DNA of 64,000 bases from Phaeosaccion multiseriatum (GCA_965112735.1 OZ218952.1:3720001-3784000); one strand, 5' to 3'. Positions 49,791 to 61,866 are shown, counted from the first letter of the stretch. Made by a program: numbers and translations. Notes: generated by a model not told the origin, from the sequence alone.

Positions 49791-51740
49791 TAGAGGGCAT
49801 TGGAAAAGGCATATGGGCAGGCGCATGGGCAGGGGCGGGGGTTGGCGTAGGGCGGGCGTATGGGCAGAGGCATGCGGACAGGCGGCAGGCGTGTAGGCAG
49901 GCAGTTGAAAGAAAACCACAAGTCACACAACACAGGACACGAATCACCAACACGCCCTTCCTCTGTCGTGCAGTGTTGCTCTCACCATGCGCCGCTCCTC
50001 AGCGTTGTAGAGAGCGACCACGCACACGGCTTCGTAGCATTGACGGAGGGTGTCTTCGTTGGAGAGCAGAGACCGCTGACTGCGGCTGCTGTGGCGCAGG
50101 GGGGGCACAGGGCGAAGGGCGGAGAGGGAGGAGGGGTCTTCGCCGAAGGAGGGGTGGCGTAGAGGCCCGGTGAACATCAGGCGGATGTCGGTCTGTAGGG
50201 GGGGGGAGGGGGAGGGGAGGGGGTGTGGGGGAGGAGGAGGAGGAGGAGGAGGAAGAGGGGGGGGGGGCATGAGGAGACAAGGGGCGGAGGAGGGAGAAGG
50301 AGGAGGGCGAGGACGAGGAGGAAGAGGATGGGACACGATTTGGTTGGGGTGGGACGGGCGTGGAAAGGTCTAAACAGCCCCCTTCCTCGGATACACACAT
50401 ACACCCACGCGCGCCCACACACACGCGCACACCCACGTACCTCCTCCAAGCGACAGTCCTCGGTGCACATGGTGAAGTGCTCGGGATCGTCCTCATAGGC
50501 CCGAAGCGTATCAATGGGGAAGTACGCCGCCGCTCGGAACAGATCGTCCCCTCTGCTGTCCTTGTGTGTAGAGAGCTTCTCAATGCAGGCCGGACACACG
50601 GCCCTGCGGTACACAATCACACCCGGTGATTCGTTCAAGGCCTTTTCAATGCCGTCCACCACGGCCTGCAGGGCCTCCATCAAGTCTTCTACATCCACTT
50701 CCTCACACTTGGCGAGCAGCTCCAGTCGCGTGGGCAAGCGCTCGTCCCCGTAGCCACTGCTGTTGCTGTCTCCCGCTTCTCTGGTGAAGGGGGAGAGGCG
50801 CTGTCTACTCGAAGTGGCTGTGGTTGTGGCTGCGGCTGATGCTGCAGAGTCTTGGCTTTGGGCTTGGGGTCCGGCTTGAGAGCTGCTGCTGCCGCTGCTG
50901 CGGCTGCATGTGTCGATGGTGTGCATCAGTCGGAGCATGATGTCGGCCTTCTTGCCACTGGTGCCAATGGGTAGGCGGAAACGGACCTACCCAGGTCAAG
51001 ACACGCACACACACACATACACACCGGGAGAGAGCGATGGGGGGGGGGGGGCGGGGGAAAGGGAAGAAGTAGGCTTAGTAAGCCCGCACTTGACCCTCCA
51101 CACTCGAGTCCAGCAGGAACGGAGGGAGGGCCCACTGAGCCCACTGAAGGAGCCTAGCACGCATAGGGCCTTCCTGAACTACTTCAAAATCACGCACACA
51201 TAACACACACACACACACAGATACGCACCCACACACCCACACTCACTCACCCACTCACCCACCCACCCAACCACCCAACCACCTACCTACCCACCCACAT
51301 ACCCACACCTGATACTTCTTGGCCCGATTGACGATGGCGAGCGAGGGCAGGATGTGAAATACACACCGCTCCAACAAGTGCGGCGGCACATAGCGCAGGA
51401 ACTCAAAGTAAAAGGCGCATTGGCGGATGCTGAATTGCGTCACAAGGGGCCAATCGATGCGTGTCTCTCGCAGCACGCACGGTACAATGTATCTAATGGG
51501 TAGGTGGACGGGTGGGCAGGTAGACAGGGTGGATGGGTGGAAAGATGGACGGATTGACGGATGGATGGGTAGGTGAGTAGAGGGGTAGATAGATGGGATG
51601 GATGGATGGATCGGCACATGGGTAGATGGATACATGGATAGCAAAGCGAGGAGGCAAGCAAGCCAGCAAGTAAGAACCTCTAGTCGGCAAGCCCTACACT
51701 CCCACGCACCTTTGTGTCTCCGGTGGCGGCTGTATCACCA

Positions 51741-51777
<37 letters not shown>

Positions 51778-54700
51778 GTGGTCTCCGCTTGGCGCCTTCA
51801 CCGGCGCACCATACGTACTCGCACTAGAAGGAGGAGCAGCGGCAGCACTAGCAGTAGCGCTGGTAGTGGGGTCGGTGTCCTTGTCTTCGAGGATGGTGGG
51901 CACGAGCACACTAAAGGCCTGCATAAGGCTCATCAAGAAGGACGTGCGTCTCTCCTCGGCGAAGAAGGCCTCCATCGACGCTCCGTACCTCTCCTTTTGG
52001 CTCTTCTTGATCTGGGCACTCTCCACCAGCAGCAGTCGGACTACCTCCGCGGACACTGGAGGGGAGGGACGGGAGGGAGGGAGGGAGGGAGGGAGGCGAG
52101 CACGAAGGGAGGAAGAGAGAGACATTGGGACCGCCAAGAATGAGTCCGGTACGAGGCAGTTTGATCGTACGACCACACAACATAAAACGTCTGTTGGGTT
52201 GCTCCCATTCAAGCGGGCACGTCTACCCCTTTCCCTCCGTCGCCTCTGGTGCCATCTGCCGCCCGCCATTTGCTGCCTTCCTCCCTCACCCCTCACCCCT
52301 CCCTCGTCACCCCTCACTTCACAACTTTCACACCTCCTCTGTCACTACTCCCTCCCTCACCTCGTCCGTTCATGCGGAGGTCGTACAGCAGATCATCTCC
52401 GTGGGCTCCCTTGATCTTCCTGAGGCTTGCCACCTGATGCAACAGACGCGATGACCAATCACTTCACGTTCAGCTCCAATTTCAATCATATAGCTCTAGC
52501 TCGATCAGCGACGCTATGATAAAATACTGTACTAGTGTCATCATTGACGCCCTGATCGATGGCCATGTCGACACTCACGCTCCTCTCCTGGCTGAGCTCC
52601 ACTCACTTAGTCACTCACTCATTCAGTCAGTCAGTCACTCAGTCAGTCACTCAGTCAGTCAGTCAGTCAGTCCGTCCGTCCGTCAGTCACCAGTTCCTTA
52701 CTCACTCACTCACTCACTCACTCACTCACTCACTCACCTGGTCGTACAAGTCCGGCCTGACAATGACTTCGATGGCCGAGAGTAGCCACAGAGGGTCCAA
52801 GAACACAAACTCGTCCAGCGAGGAGGAGGAGGAGCAGGAGGAGGGCAAAACAGAGTTTCCCGCCGAAGCCCAGGACGAAGGCGATCCGAAGAACTCCACC
52901 TGCAGACAGGCAGGCAAGAGGCAAGACAAGACGAGAGAAGCAGGCAAGACGAACAGGCAAGAAAAGAAAAGACAAGCAAACCACAAGCAAGCAAACAAGC
53001 AAGCGGTTGGGTGCCAGTCGGTGGTAAGCAGCGTGACCGGCTCCATCCCAACCATCTCTCTCCTCTTCCTTCGTCCTCTCTCCTCCCCTCCCCTCCCCCA
53101 CTTGTACCCCCCCACCCCCTTCAGCTCTCCTTCCTCCCCCTCCCCTCCCCTTACCTCCCCCAAGTCGTTGAGCCAGCTCAACGCACTTCTCACAGCGTCC
53201 AGCGACAACGGCTGGAAGGGCGCCACCGGAGCCGCTGGAGGCAGAACAACAGATGGCGAGGCCGTCTCCCCATAGAATGCACGTGTACCACCAACTTTGC
53301 TACCATCTCTGCTGCCATCTCTAAGGCCCTCTGTCTCCCCCCTTCCCATGGAGGAGGAGGAGGAGGAGGAGGAGGTGGGGGAGTATGAAGAGGAGGATGA
53401 TCCGGAGGAGACGGAGCTGGACGATGACTCTCTCTGGGTGAGGGAGACGAAGTCTTTGAGGCTGATGAGACAGCATCCCGCGCTCTTGAGCTCCTGCACG
53501 CGCTCCTCGACGCGTTTGTAGGTAGGAGGCACCTTCAAGGGGAGAGGGAGGGAGAGGCGGAGGAGGAGAGAGAGGGGAGGGAGGGAGGGAGGGAGGGAGA
53601 GGAGGACAGGAGCGCAGAGAGCAGTGTTTAGCAAGGGGGGCAGAGACCGAAATGTGGAGAGATCGCTCACTTCCTCCCTCCCCCCCCCCCTCTCACTCAT
53701 TCACTCACTCAATCACTCAACTCTATTAGTGACTCACCCATTTACCCACTCTCCCATCCACCCACCCACTCACTCACTCACTCGCTCACTCACTCACTCA
53801 CTCACTCACTCACTCACTCACCCACTCACTCACCCACTCAACCACTCACCCACCCACTCACTCACTCACCCACTCACTCACTCAACTCACCTGCGAAACT
53901 CGAAACACGCTTCTGTCTCTCGCCAGCGCCAAAATCTCCCGTCGGAGAGGGTCGATCCCTTCCTTTGTGACGCAACTCACCCCCGCCATGGGGTACTGGG
54001 CAAACAGGGGTCGGTTGTTGAGCAGCTGAGAAGCCTTACGCTTAACACGCTCCCCCTCGCCCACCCTGCTGAGCCGTCTCAGTTCTTCCACCGCCACGGC
54101 CTCGTTGTCCTTTAGTCTGTGCAGTACTCGAGCGCGGCACTGCTCGAGCTCCTCGGGGCCGGAGAGGAGGTCGGTGTGAGTGGCCACGAGGAGCATTTTC
54201 GCACCGGGCACCTTTGGGGGTGGGGGGGCGGGGAGAGGGAGAGAAGGGGGAAGGGGGGAGGGAGAGAAGGGGGCAGGGGAGAGAAAGAGAGGGGGGGAGG
54301 GGGGAGGGAGAGAGGGAGGGGAGGGGAGGGGAGAGGGGTAGAGGGAGAGAGGAGGGGAGGAGAGGGGAGACGGCCGAAGGGAGAGGGAGAGACGGGGAGA
54401 GGGAGGGAGGGGAGGAGGACAGGGGGGGAGGGGGGAGGGGAGAGGCATATGGGCATATGGTGAGTGAGTAGCGGTACAACGCAGTAGTTCAGACAACCAC
54501 ACCCCCCCCCCCAAAACCAACAACAATACCGACACCACCACCACCACACACACCACCACCACCACCACCACCACCACCAATAACAACAACTCATCCGCCC
54601 ACCCACTCACTCACACCCACCCACCCACCCACCAAACCCCGCACGCACGTACCCCCGCACGCACCCACCCACTCACCCTGGTCTGCAGACAGTCCACCCA

Positions 54701-57700
54701 GAACTGCACCTTGTCGTCCACGTCTTTGTTCCCCTGCACGGCACGCGCATCAAACACAATGACATAGAGTGCATTCTTGGAGAGGAAGATGTTATGCACG
54801 CCCTGGTAAATGGGACCAGGCTGGCCGCCCCAGCAGGGAGAGAGGGAGAGGTCCCACATCTTGAGCTCGAGAGGAGGGTCCTGCAGTGCCGCGGATGATG
54901 AAGCTGCTGATGATGACGATGAAGCTGATGATACTGCTGCCTCGCCCGATGCTTCCCCTGATGCCTCTCCCGACGCCTCTCCCGATGAGGCCTCCGCCTC
55001 TCCTCCAGAGGCCTCTGCCGCCTCTTGCTCTTGTACCGCCGCCGCTGCTGCTGCCTCCTCCCAGGAGCTGATACGCACCCCGAGAGTGGGCGACGCCAGG
55101 GGCAAGTTCTGTGTAGCAGCGCCCTCTCTCCCCTCCTTCAATGCCGCACAGAGGCTCGTTCTCCCTCCTCCGTCGTGCCCCATAAACACCACTTTGAGGC
55201 GTTGAGGTGCCGTCGCTTGCGTGATGGTGGAGGTGGAGGTGGAGCCCTCTGAGCTCATACGAACAAGGCTCCCTCCTCCTCGAGAGGGCGACGTCGCCAG
55301 GGCGGCTTCTCTTGGAGGACCAACAGTACCAGTTGGTGATACAACAGAAGCCGCAGACGCAGCAGGAGCAGCAGGAGGACCGGAGCTGAGGAGGACCTCC
55401 TGCTCCGCCTTGGATTGAGCCTTCCTGCTCTTGCTGCTTGATCTCCCCAGAGATTTCTTGCCCCCTGCTTTCCCTCCCCACCAGCTGTCCACGCCCCCTT
55501 TACGCCCTGCTCCTCCCTCCCCGGCCGCGCCTTCTTCCCTTACTGCCGGCGCTACTGCTGCTGCTTCCTCTGAGGCCAAAGCATCCTGCTCGTAACACAC
55601 GGCCGCGTCTCTGAAGTACTGAAAGATGGGTTCGACGCCCCTCTCTGTGATCTCCGGCGGTGGTAGGATCATGGGATTGTGCCGGACCTGTTGGTTGTTC
55701 GCCACAGAGAAACCGCGGCCAGGAGAGAGGGCAAGACACGGAGGGGAGGAGGTGACTTAGAGAGGGTTAATAAAGGACTGCGAGGATGCACACCACACAC
55801 ACACGCACACACTTACCTGTATGACCCTGAGGTTGGTCAGGGTGGTAATTTGCTCCGGCAAGTCGCTCAGCAGATTGTTCTCCAGCTTGAGTTTCACGAG
55901 GTTGGGCATTCTTTCCAAATCCTCTCCCTTGATATAGTGCAGGTTGTTAAAGCCCAAATCAAGCACCTCCAAGCTCGCCATCATGGTCCCCGGCGCAGCC
56001 TTTGCTGCTGCGCCATCCCCTTGCGGCGGCTGTTGCGTACCTTCACCTCCTTCCCCACCGGTGCTTTGCTGCCCCCTCCACTCCCCTCCCTCCATCTCCT
56101 TCCTAGCCCCCTTCTCTTCCTCTTGCTCTTCCTCCTCCTCCCCCTCCTCTGGTAACAGCAGCTGTGCCATTTGGTTGCCGTACATGATGAGCTTCTTGAG
56201 TCGAGGCGGTAGACACCGCTTCGGATCCGGAAAGGCGTCGAACTCGTTGCTGGTCAGGTTCAGCACCCGAAGCTTCGGCAGCGCCTTGGCCATTCCCAGA
56301 GGCAAACTCCGAAGCCGATTCCCCTCCAAATTCAGGCTATCCAGGTCAGAGAAGAGCTTGTAGAAGGCCAACGCCGGCGCCGGGGCAGGGGCAGGGGGGC
56401 ACAACGTGCCAAAGCTGGGCAGCGAAGTGAGACCCGGATTGCCCCCAAAGAGAGAAGACATGCTCGAGTTGCTCCCGTTGCTGCTCAGTCGACTCATGAG
56501 GCGGGTAGGGATAGGGAGGGCACCACTGGAAGAGATGGCACGGGAAGGAATGGCACCTGCTGCTGGTGGTGGGGGTGGTGGGAGGGGGAGGGACATCGAA
56601 GAGGACGAAGAGGAGGAGACGCTCCGCCGGCGGTCACCGCCCCCCTCCCCGCCGTCCTCCATAGCTCCTCCTTCTCCTCCTTCTCCTTCTCCTCCTCCTC
56701 CTCCTCCTCCTGCCACTGCTGCTGCTACGGACGCTGTATCACCAACAACTGCTGCTGCAGCACCCGCCTCCACCCCTCCTCCCTCCCGTCCACTTAACCC
56801 CACCCCTCCTCCCCCCCCCCCGGCCACAGCCGCCGAGCGAGCTGCAAAGGGCGTGAGAGGCAGGGTCGTGATTTTGTTGTAGCTGAGGTCTAGCACACGC
56901 ACACGGCGCACGCTCATGCGGACCTTCCTTCTCGCCAGTCGTTCACTACTACCCACGTCGTCGCCGGAGTCTCCAAACCATTCCTCCCTACCGCCGCTCT
57001 CGTCGTCATCATCATCGTCTTCGTCCTCTTCCTCGTCCACTGCCCCTCCTCCACCCATTGCTGTCCCTTCACGCTCCTGCTGCCCGGCGCTCTGTCCGTC
57101 CTCACCCCCCCCCAAGATCATGGTTGAAGAAGCGCCGCCTAGCAAGCCTCCATCCCCTGCTTCCCCCAACGCTTGGTCTCCCCCGCCCCCCACTCCTGCT
57201 GCTGCTGTATCACCAACTGGTGCTGCTGTTCCACTCTCATCAACGAAGCTCCCCTTCCGAAGCCCCCCACCCCAACCTCCTCCTCCTCCTCCTCCTCCTC
57301 CTCCATCCACCGACAAGTTGCTGCTGCTACTGCTGCTACCGCTAATGCCCCTACTACCCAGTCCATTACCACCACCAAGACCAGCACCCGCTGCCCGCCT
57401 AGGTCCGTTCCTCCCTCTCGAGCATACCTGCAGCACCGTGTTCAAGCTCTCAAGTGAGCGAAGTTCAAAAGATCCCAAGTCGAGCCTACGACACGTCCGT
57501 CGAGAGGTCTTGCGGCCCCTCTGTCCACCCCCGCGGGGCCCTCCTCCTCCTCCTCCTCCTCCTCGCTTGCCCCCCCCCCAGCCTGCCATTCCCACGTGGC
57601 CGCTGGCCAGCGCTGCCAACGCATCATACACTCGAAATCTGTCATTCATTTCCTCCGCATGTCGCCGCTGCAGCCGCTGCTGCTCCTGCTGCTGGTGCTG

Positions 57701-59450
57701 CAGTTGAGAGGGAATCAGTGCGCTGCTGGCACTGTGGCTAATGTCGGAGGAGGAATCCGCCGGCAAGAGCTGGCGACTACTCGTACAGCTTGCCCCGCTG
57801 ATGGAGCCATCGTCGCCCCCTGGAGAACTACTGGAGAGACTGAAAATGCTGCTCTGCCGCCGCTGCCGCCCTCCCCCCTCCCCTCCTCCTCCTCCTCCTC
57901 CTCCTCCTCCTCCTCCTCCTCCTCCTCCTCCCTCCAACTCTGCCAGCGCCCTTCTCAGCAGCGTAAAGCCCATGTAAGACTTGACCTCCTTCCCCAGCTT
58001 CTGGACTTGGGCGTTGCTAAACCCCCCACTACTATCGCCGTCGTCCTCTGTGACTCGGGATCTACGCCTCCCCCCGGGGGTGGGGAAGGTCGAATAATAC
58101 GGTGGGGGCCCCTCCCTACCTCCTTCCGACTCTCCGAATGAAGCTGCCCCCCACGCATCCTCACCCTCCAACCCTCCTCCTCCTCCTCCTCCTCCTCCTC
58201 CTCCTCCTCCTCCTCCTCCTCCCATCCTCAGCATCTCCCCGATCCCCCCCACTCCAGTCATTCCTACAGGGTGGTCCTCGCCATCGCCACTCCCAAATTC
58301 ACGTCCGCTTCCTTCCCGTTCCTGCATGTGTTGGTCGTACAGCTGTCGTCGGAATGCCAGGCCACCGCCCCGCAACAGCCCTCCTACGTCCTCATGCCCC
58401 CCTGTCCTTGTCCCTCTCCTCCCTCCCCCCCCCCCAGCGTTCGATGAATCCGCCAAGGCCAAGTCGCTCGACTCAATGGCACTCCAAGGCGACTCGGACA
58501 TGCCGAGATCCGTTTGTGATCCCTCTCTGCCTTCTTCGTGCTGATACCGTGCCGCCTTGTCGTCGCGAAGTTGATTCCTCTTCTTCCCTTGCTGCTTGCG
58601 CAACATTCCGTGGCTCGCGCATTTGGGGATCCCGTTCTTATCAAGCCCACTCACATACGGCTGCTGCGGCGGCTGCTGTTGCTGAAGGTGTTGTTGTGGC
58701 TGCTGCTGATGATGCTGCTGCTTCGGGTGCCTCTTGAGCTGCTGATGCGCACGTTCTATCTGGGGCTTGCCCCTCTTCCCAACTCCCCCTCCTCTTCCTC
58801 CTCGCCCCCCCCCTCCTCTTCCTCTTCCCCCTCCTCCCCCTCCTCTTTTCTCTCCCCCTCCCACTCCTCCTCCTCCTCCTCCTCCTCCTCGCCCCCCCCG
58901 GTTGCCGCTCCCGCCGGCTCCCTTGACCAGATGGTGGATATTGCCATCGTCTGGGAAGACGAGAAGATCGCTCAACTCAAGCGACCTGTGCGCGTGATCG
59001 AGGGGTGTGAGCGACAAGAGTGATGGCGCAAAAAAGAGAGGAGACAACATTCGAAGGGGACGGAGAAGAAGACAAAGACAAAGGGAAGAAGGTGAAAAGA
59101 GAAGGAGGAAGTGGTGAAGGCGAGCGTGGAAGCAGCAGGGGGAATGGGAGGAACGGTCAAGACGCCCACCCCTACTCTCTCACTACAGGTATTCGTCCCT
59201 CGTCCATGCCAACCCCCTCCCACCCCCTTCGTCCTTTTAGTACATTGCGCCCTTACCTCCCCAGTTTCAAGTCCTCTCCCTCATCATCGTCCTCCCCTTC
59301 CTCTTCGTCAGCCCCGAGGGCTCCTCCGGCAGGTATATCTTGCCTGGCTCCTGTATCCGTGCCGCCCGCATGGCTGCTTGGGATGCACTGGGGGCTGCTG
59401 CTCTTCCTCTGGTACGACGTGGGAGTGAAGTTCGGATCCGAGCGCACCAT
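48122..59450 (-). CDS. ROCO-family protein: LRR - ROC GTPase - COR - C-terminal trypsin-like serine protease; ~14 exons
   Basis: LRRs (LDLSYNKITTL, LNLEGNRLRSLP, LDLGFNNL, LENNLLSDLP). ROC RLKVVFMGHDGGGRTS, MWDL..GQ, YQGVHNIFL, LVATHTD. COR VPPTY, LSWLNDLGEV, FVFLDPLWL. Protease ATAFVVD..GLLLSVGH and GAS/GGPLL...VVGM across the last intron. Confidence 0.85.
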
Positions 59451-59544
59451 GGTTCCTCACATCACAGAGGTTTGAGTATGAGGGCCTTTGTGATAGGGAG
59501 AGGGGGGAGGGAGAAGGGAAAAATTAAAAGCGGGAAGGCAGTGG

Positions 59545-61866
59545 ATGATTCTTCGTCCTCCCTTCTCAGCCCCCCTCATTTACCTTCTAGGAAAGCTTAC
59601 ACCAACGATGCTGATGATGCGAGTGATGTCGTTGAGGAGGGTTGTCAGAACCTGCTACTCCTCTTGCATTGGCAAGAATAGAAGAGAAGCCAGAGGAGAA
59701 GGACAAGGAGGAAATGGTGCAGAACGGCGTACCAACTCTACTCTCCATCAGCAGAAGCGGCTGCAGCAGCAATGGTCCTACTATTCTACTGGGGGAAGTG
59801 ACACGTCCAGGCAGATGCGGCTCGTGAGGGAGCTCCAAGATCTGGGGAGGAGGAGGGAGTGGAAGAGGGTGGCACCTACTTTGGAGCGCGCACGGCGGGA
59901 GGGCCTCAAGCCCAATATGCACTGTATAAGTGCTGCTATTTCCGCTATTGGGAAGTGCGGGCGGTGGAAGGGCGCATTGGCCCTTCTGGCAGACATGAAG
60001 GAGGAGGGCATGAAGCCAGATGCATTCAGCTACAGCGCCGCCATTGACGCGTGCGCCAAGGCCACCCAACACATGGAGGCATTGGCATTGTTGAGGGAAA
60101 TGAAGGCAGAAGGAGTCGCACCAGATGTATTCTGCTACAGCGCCGCTATTGACGCGTGCGCCAAGGCCCGCCAACACTTGGAGGCATTGGCATTGCTGAG
60201 GGAGATGAAGGCAGAAGGAGTCGCACCAGATGTGTTCTGCTACGGCGCCGCCATAAACGCGTTCGCCAAGGCCGCCCAACACGTGGAGGCATTGGGTTTA
60301 CTGAGGGAGATGAAGGCAGAAGGAGTCGCACCAAGTGTATTCTGCTACAGCTCCGCCATTCACGCATGCGCAAAGGCCAACAACCAACACGTGGAGGCAT
60401 TGGGTTTACTGAGGGAAATGAAGGCAGAAGGACTCGCTCCCAACGTTATCAGCTACACCGCCACCATTAGCGCATGTGCCAGGGCCAACCAACACGTGGA
60501 GGCATTGCGTTTATTAAAGGAGATGAAGGCGGCAGGACTCAAGCCAGGTGTGATCAGCTATAGTGCAGCGATTACTGCATGTGGCTACGACAACAACAGT
60601 GTGGAGGCCCTGCAGCTGTTGAGTGAGATGAAGGCGGTAGGTCTCAAGCCTGATGTGATCAGCTACAATGCAGTGATTACTGCATGTGGCAACGACAACA
60701 ACAGCTTGAAGGCCCTGAAGCTGTTGAGTGAGATGAAGGCGGCGGGTCCCAAGCCAGATGTGATCAGCTACAGTGCAGCGATTACTGCGAGTGGCAACGA
60801 CAACAACAGCGTGGAGGCCCTGAAGCTGTTGAGTGAGATGAAGGCGGTAGGACTCAAGCCAAATGAGATCAGCTACAATGCAGCCATTACTGCATGTGGC
60901 AACGACAACAACAGCGTGGAGGCCCTGAAGCTGTTGAGTGAGATGAAGGCCGTAGGTCTCAAGCCAAATGTAATCTGCTACAGTGCAGCGATTTCTGCAA
61001 GTGGCATGGACAACAACAGCGTGGAGGCCCTGAAGCTCTTCAAGGAGATGAAGGAGGAAGGAATAGCTCCCAATGAAATCACCTATAATGCAGCCATTAC
61101 TGCATGTGGCAACGACAACAACAGCGTGGAGGCCCTGAAGCTGTTGAGTGAGATGAAGGCGGCAGGACTTAAGCCTGATGTGATCAGCTACAATGCAGCG
61201 ATAACTGCGTGTGGCAAGAACAACAACAGCGTGGAGGCCCTGAAGCTGTTGAGTGAGATGAAGGCGGCAGGACACAAGCCTGATGTGATCAGCTACAGTG
61301 CAGCGATTACTGCGTGTGGCAACGACAAGAACAGCGTGGATGCCCTGAAGCTCTTCAAGGAGATGAACGAGGTAGGAATTGCTCCCAATGAAATCACCTA
61401 TAATGCAGCCATTACTGCATGTGGCAACGACAACAACAGCGTGGAGGCCCTGAAGCTGTTGAGTGAGATGAAGGCGGCAGGACTCAAGCCTGCTGTGATC
61501 AGCTACACTGCAGCGATTGGCGCTTTGGGGGAGGGTGGCGACGAGGAGGCTGCTGACGAGGTGTACGCAGAGGCCGTATCGCAAGGGGTCTTCAGACACT
61601 GGAAAAAACTGGGGCAGGAGATGGATTTGCATGCATTCACCAGGGGAACGAGCAAGGCAGCGCTTCGTCACGTGCTCTCCGTGGAGAAGGTGGAGGGTGA
61701 GATCCAAGTCATCACAGGCCGGGGCCGACGTAGTGAGGACGGCGTCAGCGTTCTCAAGCCCGCGGTGCTGGCCTATTTGCAGGAGAGGCAGGGCGTCGAA
61801 GTGTGGGAAGACGAACACAACGCAGGGAGGGTGGTGATGCGGATCGATGGAGGGGAAGCAGACTAG
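59545..61866 (+). CDS. Intronless P-type PPR protein with C-terminal SMR domain, probably organelle (mitochondrion) targeted
   Basis: About 16 tandem 35-aa PPR motifs (VISYxAAITAC...EMKxxGxKPD) from 59917. SMR: MDLHAF...VITGRGRRS...LKPAV...NAGRV. Arg-rich presequence from the ATG at 59608. Confidence 0.93.
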   Translation: MILRPPFSAPLIYLLGKLTPTMLMMRVMSLRRVVRTCYSSCIGKNRREARGEGQGGNGAERRTNSTLHQQKRLQQQWSYYSTGGSDTSRQMRLVRELQDLGRRREWKRVAPTLERARREGLKPNMHCISAAISAIGKCGRWKGALALLADMKEEGMKPDAFSYSAAIDACAKATQHMEALALLREMKAEGVAPDVFCYSAAIDACAKARQHLEALALLREMKAEGVAPDVFCYGAAINAFAKAAQHVEALGLLREMKAEGVAPSVFCYSSAIHACAKANNQHVEALGLLREMKAEGLAPNVISYTATISACARANQHVEALRLLKEMKAAGLKPGVISYSAAITACGYDNNSVEALQLLSEMKAVGLKPDVISYNAVITACGNDNNSLKALKLLSEMKAAGPKPDVISYSAAITASGNDNNSVEALKLLSEMKAVGLKPNEISYNAAITACGNDNNSVEALKLLSEMKAVGLKPNVICYSAAISASGMDNNSVEALKLFKEMKEEGIAPNEITYNAAITACGNDNNSVEALKLLSEMKAAGLKPDVISYNAAITACGKNNNSVEALKLLSEMKAAGHKPDVISYSAAITACGNDKNSVDALKLFKEMNEVGIAPNEITYNAAITACGNDNNSVEALKLLSEMKAAGLKPAVISYTAAIGALGEGGDEEAADEVYAEAVSQGVFRHWKKLGQEMDLHAFTRGTSKAALRHVLSVEKVEGEIQVITGRGRRSEDGVSVLKPAVLAYLQERQGVEVWEDEHNAGRVVMRIDGGEAD

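Larger units (their letters stand above)
9549..57217. repeat. Dispersed short motif GTTGGTGATAC (consensus CAGCAGTTGGTGATACAGCAG), 13 exact copies plus variants
   Basis: Exact copies start at 9549, 9732, 20118, 23421, 23513, 23622, 31856 and 55332 (+), and at 18526, 20023, 51732, 56736 and 57207 (-). Confidence 0.9.

Noticed and set aside
60514-61818. 434-aa antisense ORF overlapping the PPR gene
   Set aside because: It is a shadow ORF caused by the repetitive, codon-biased PPR array.
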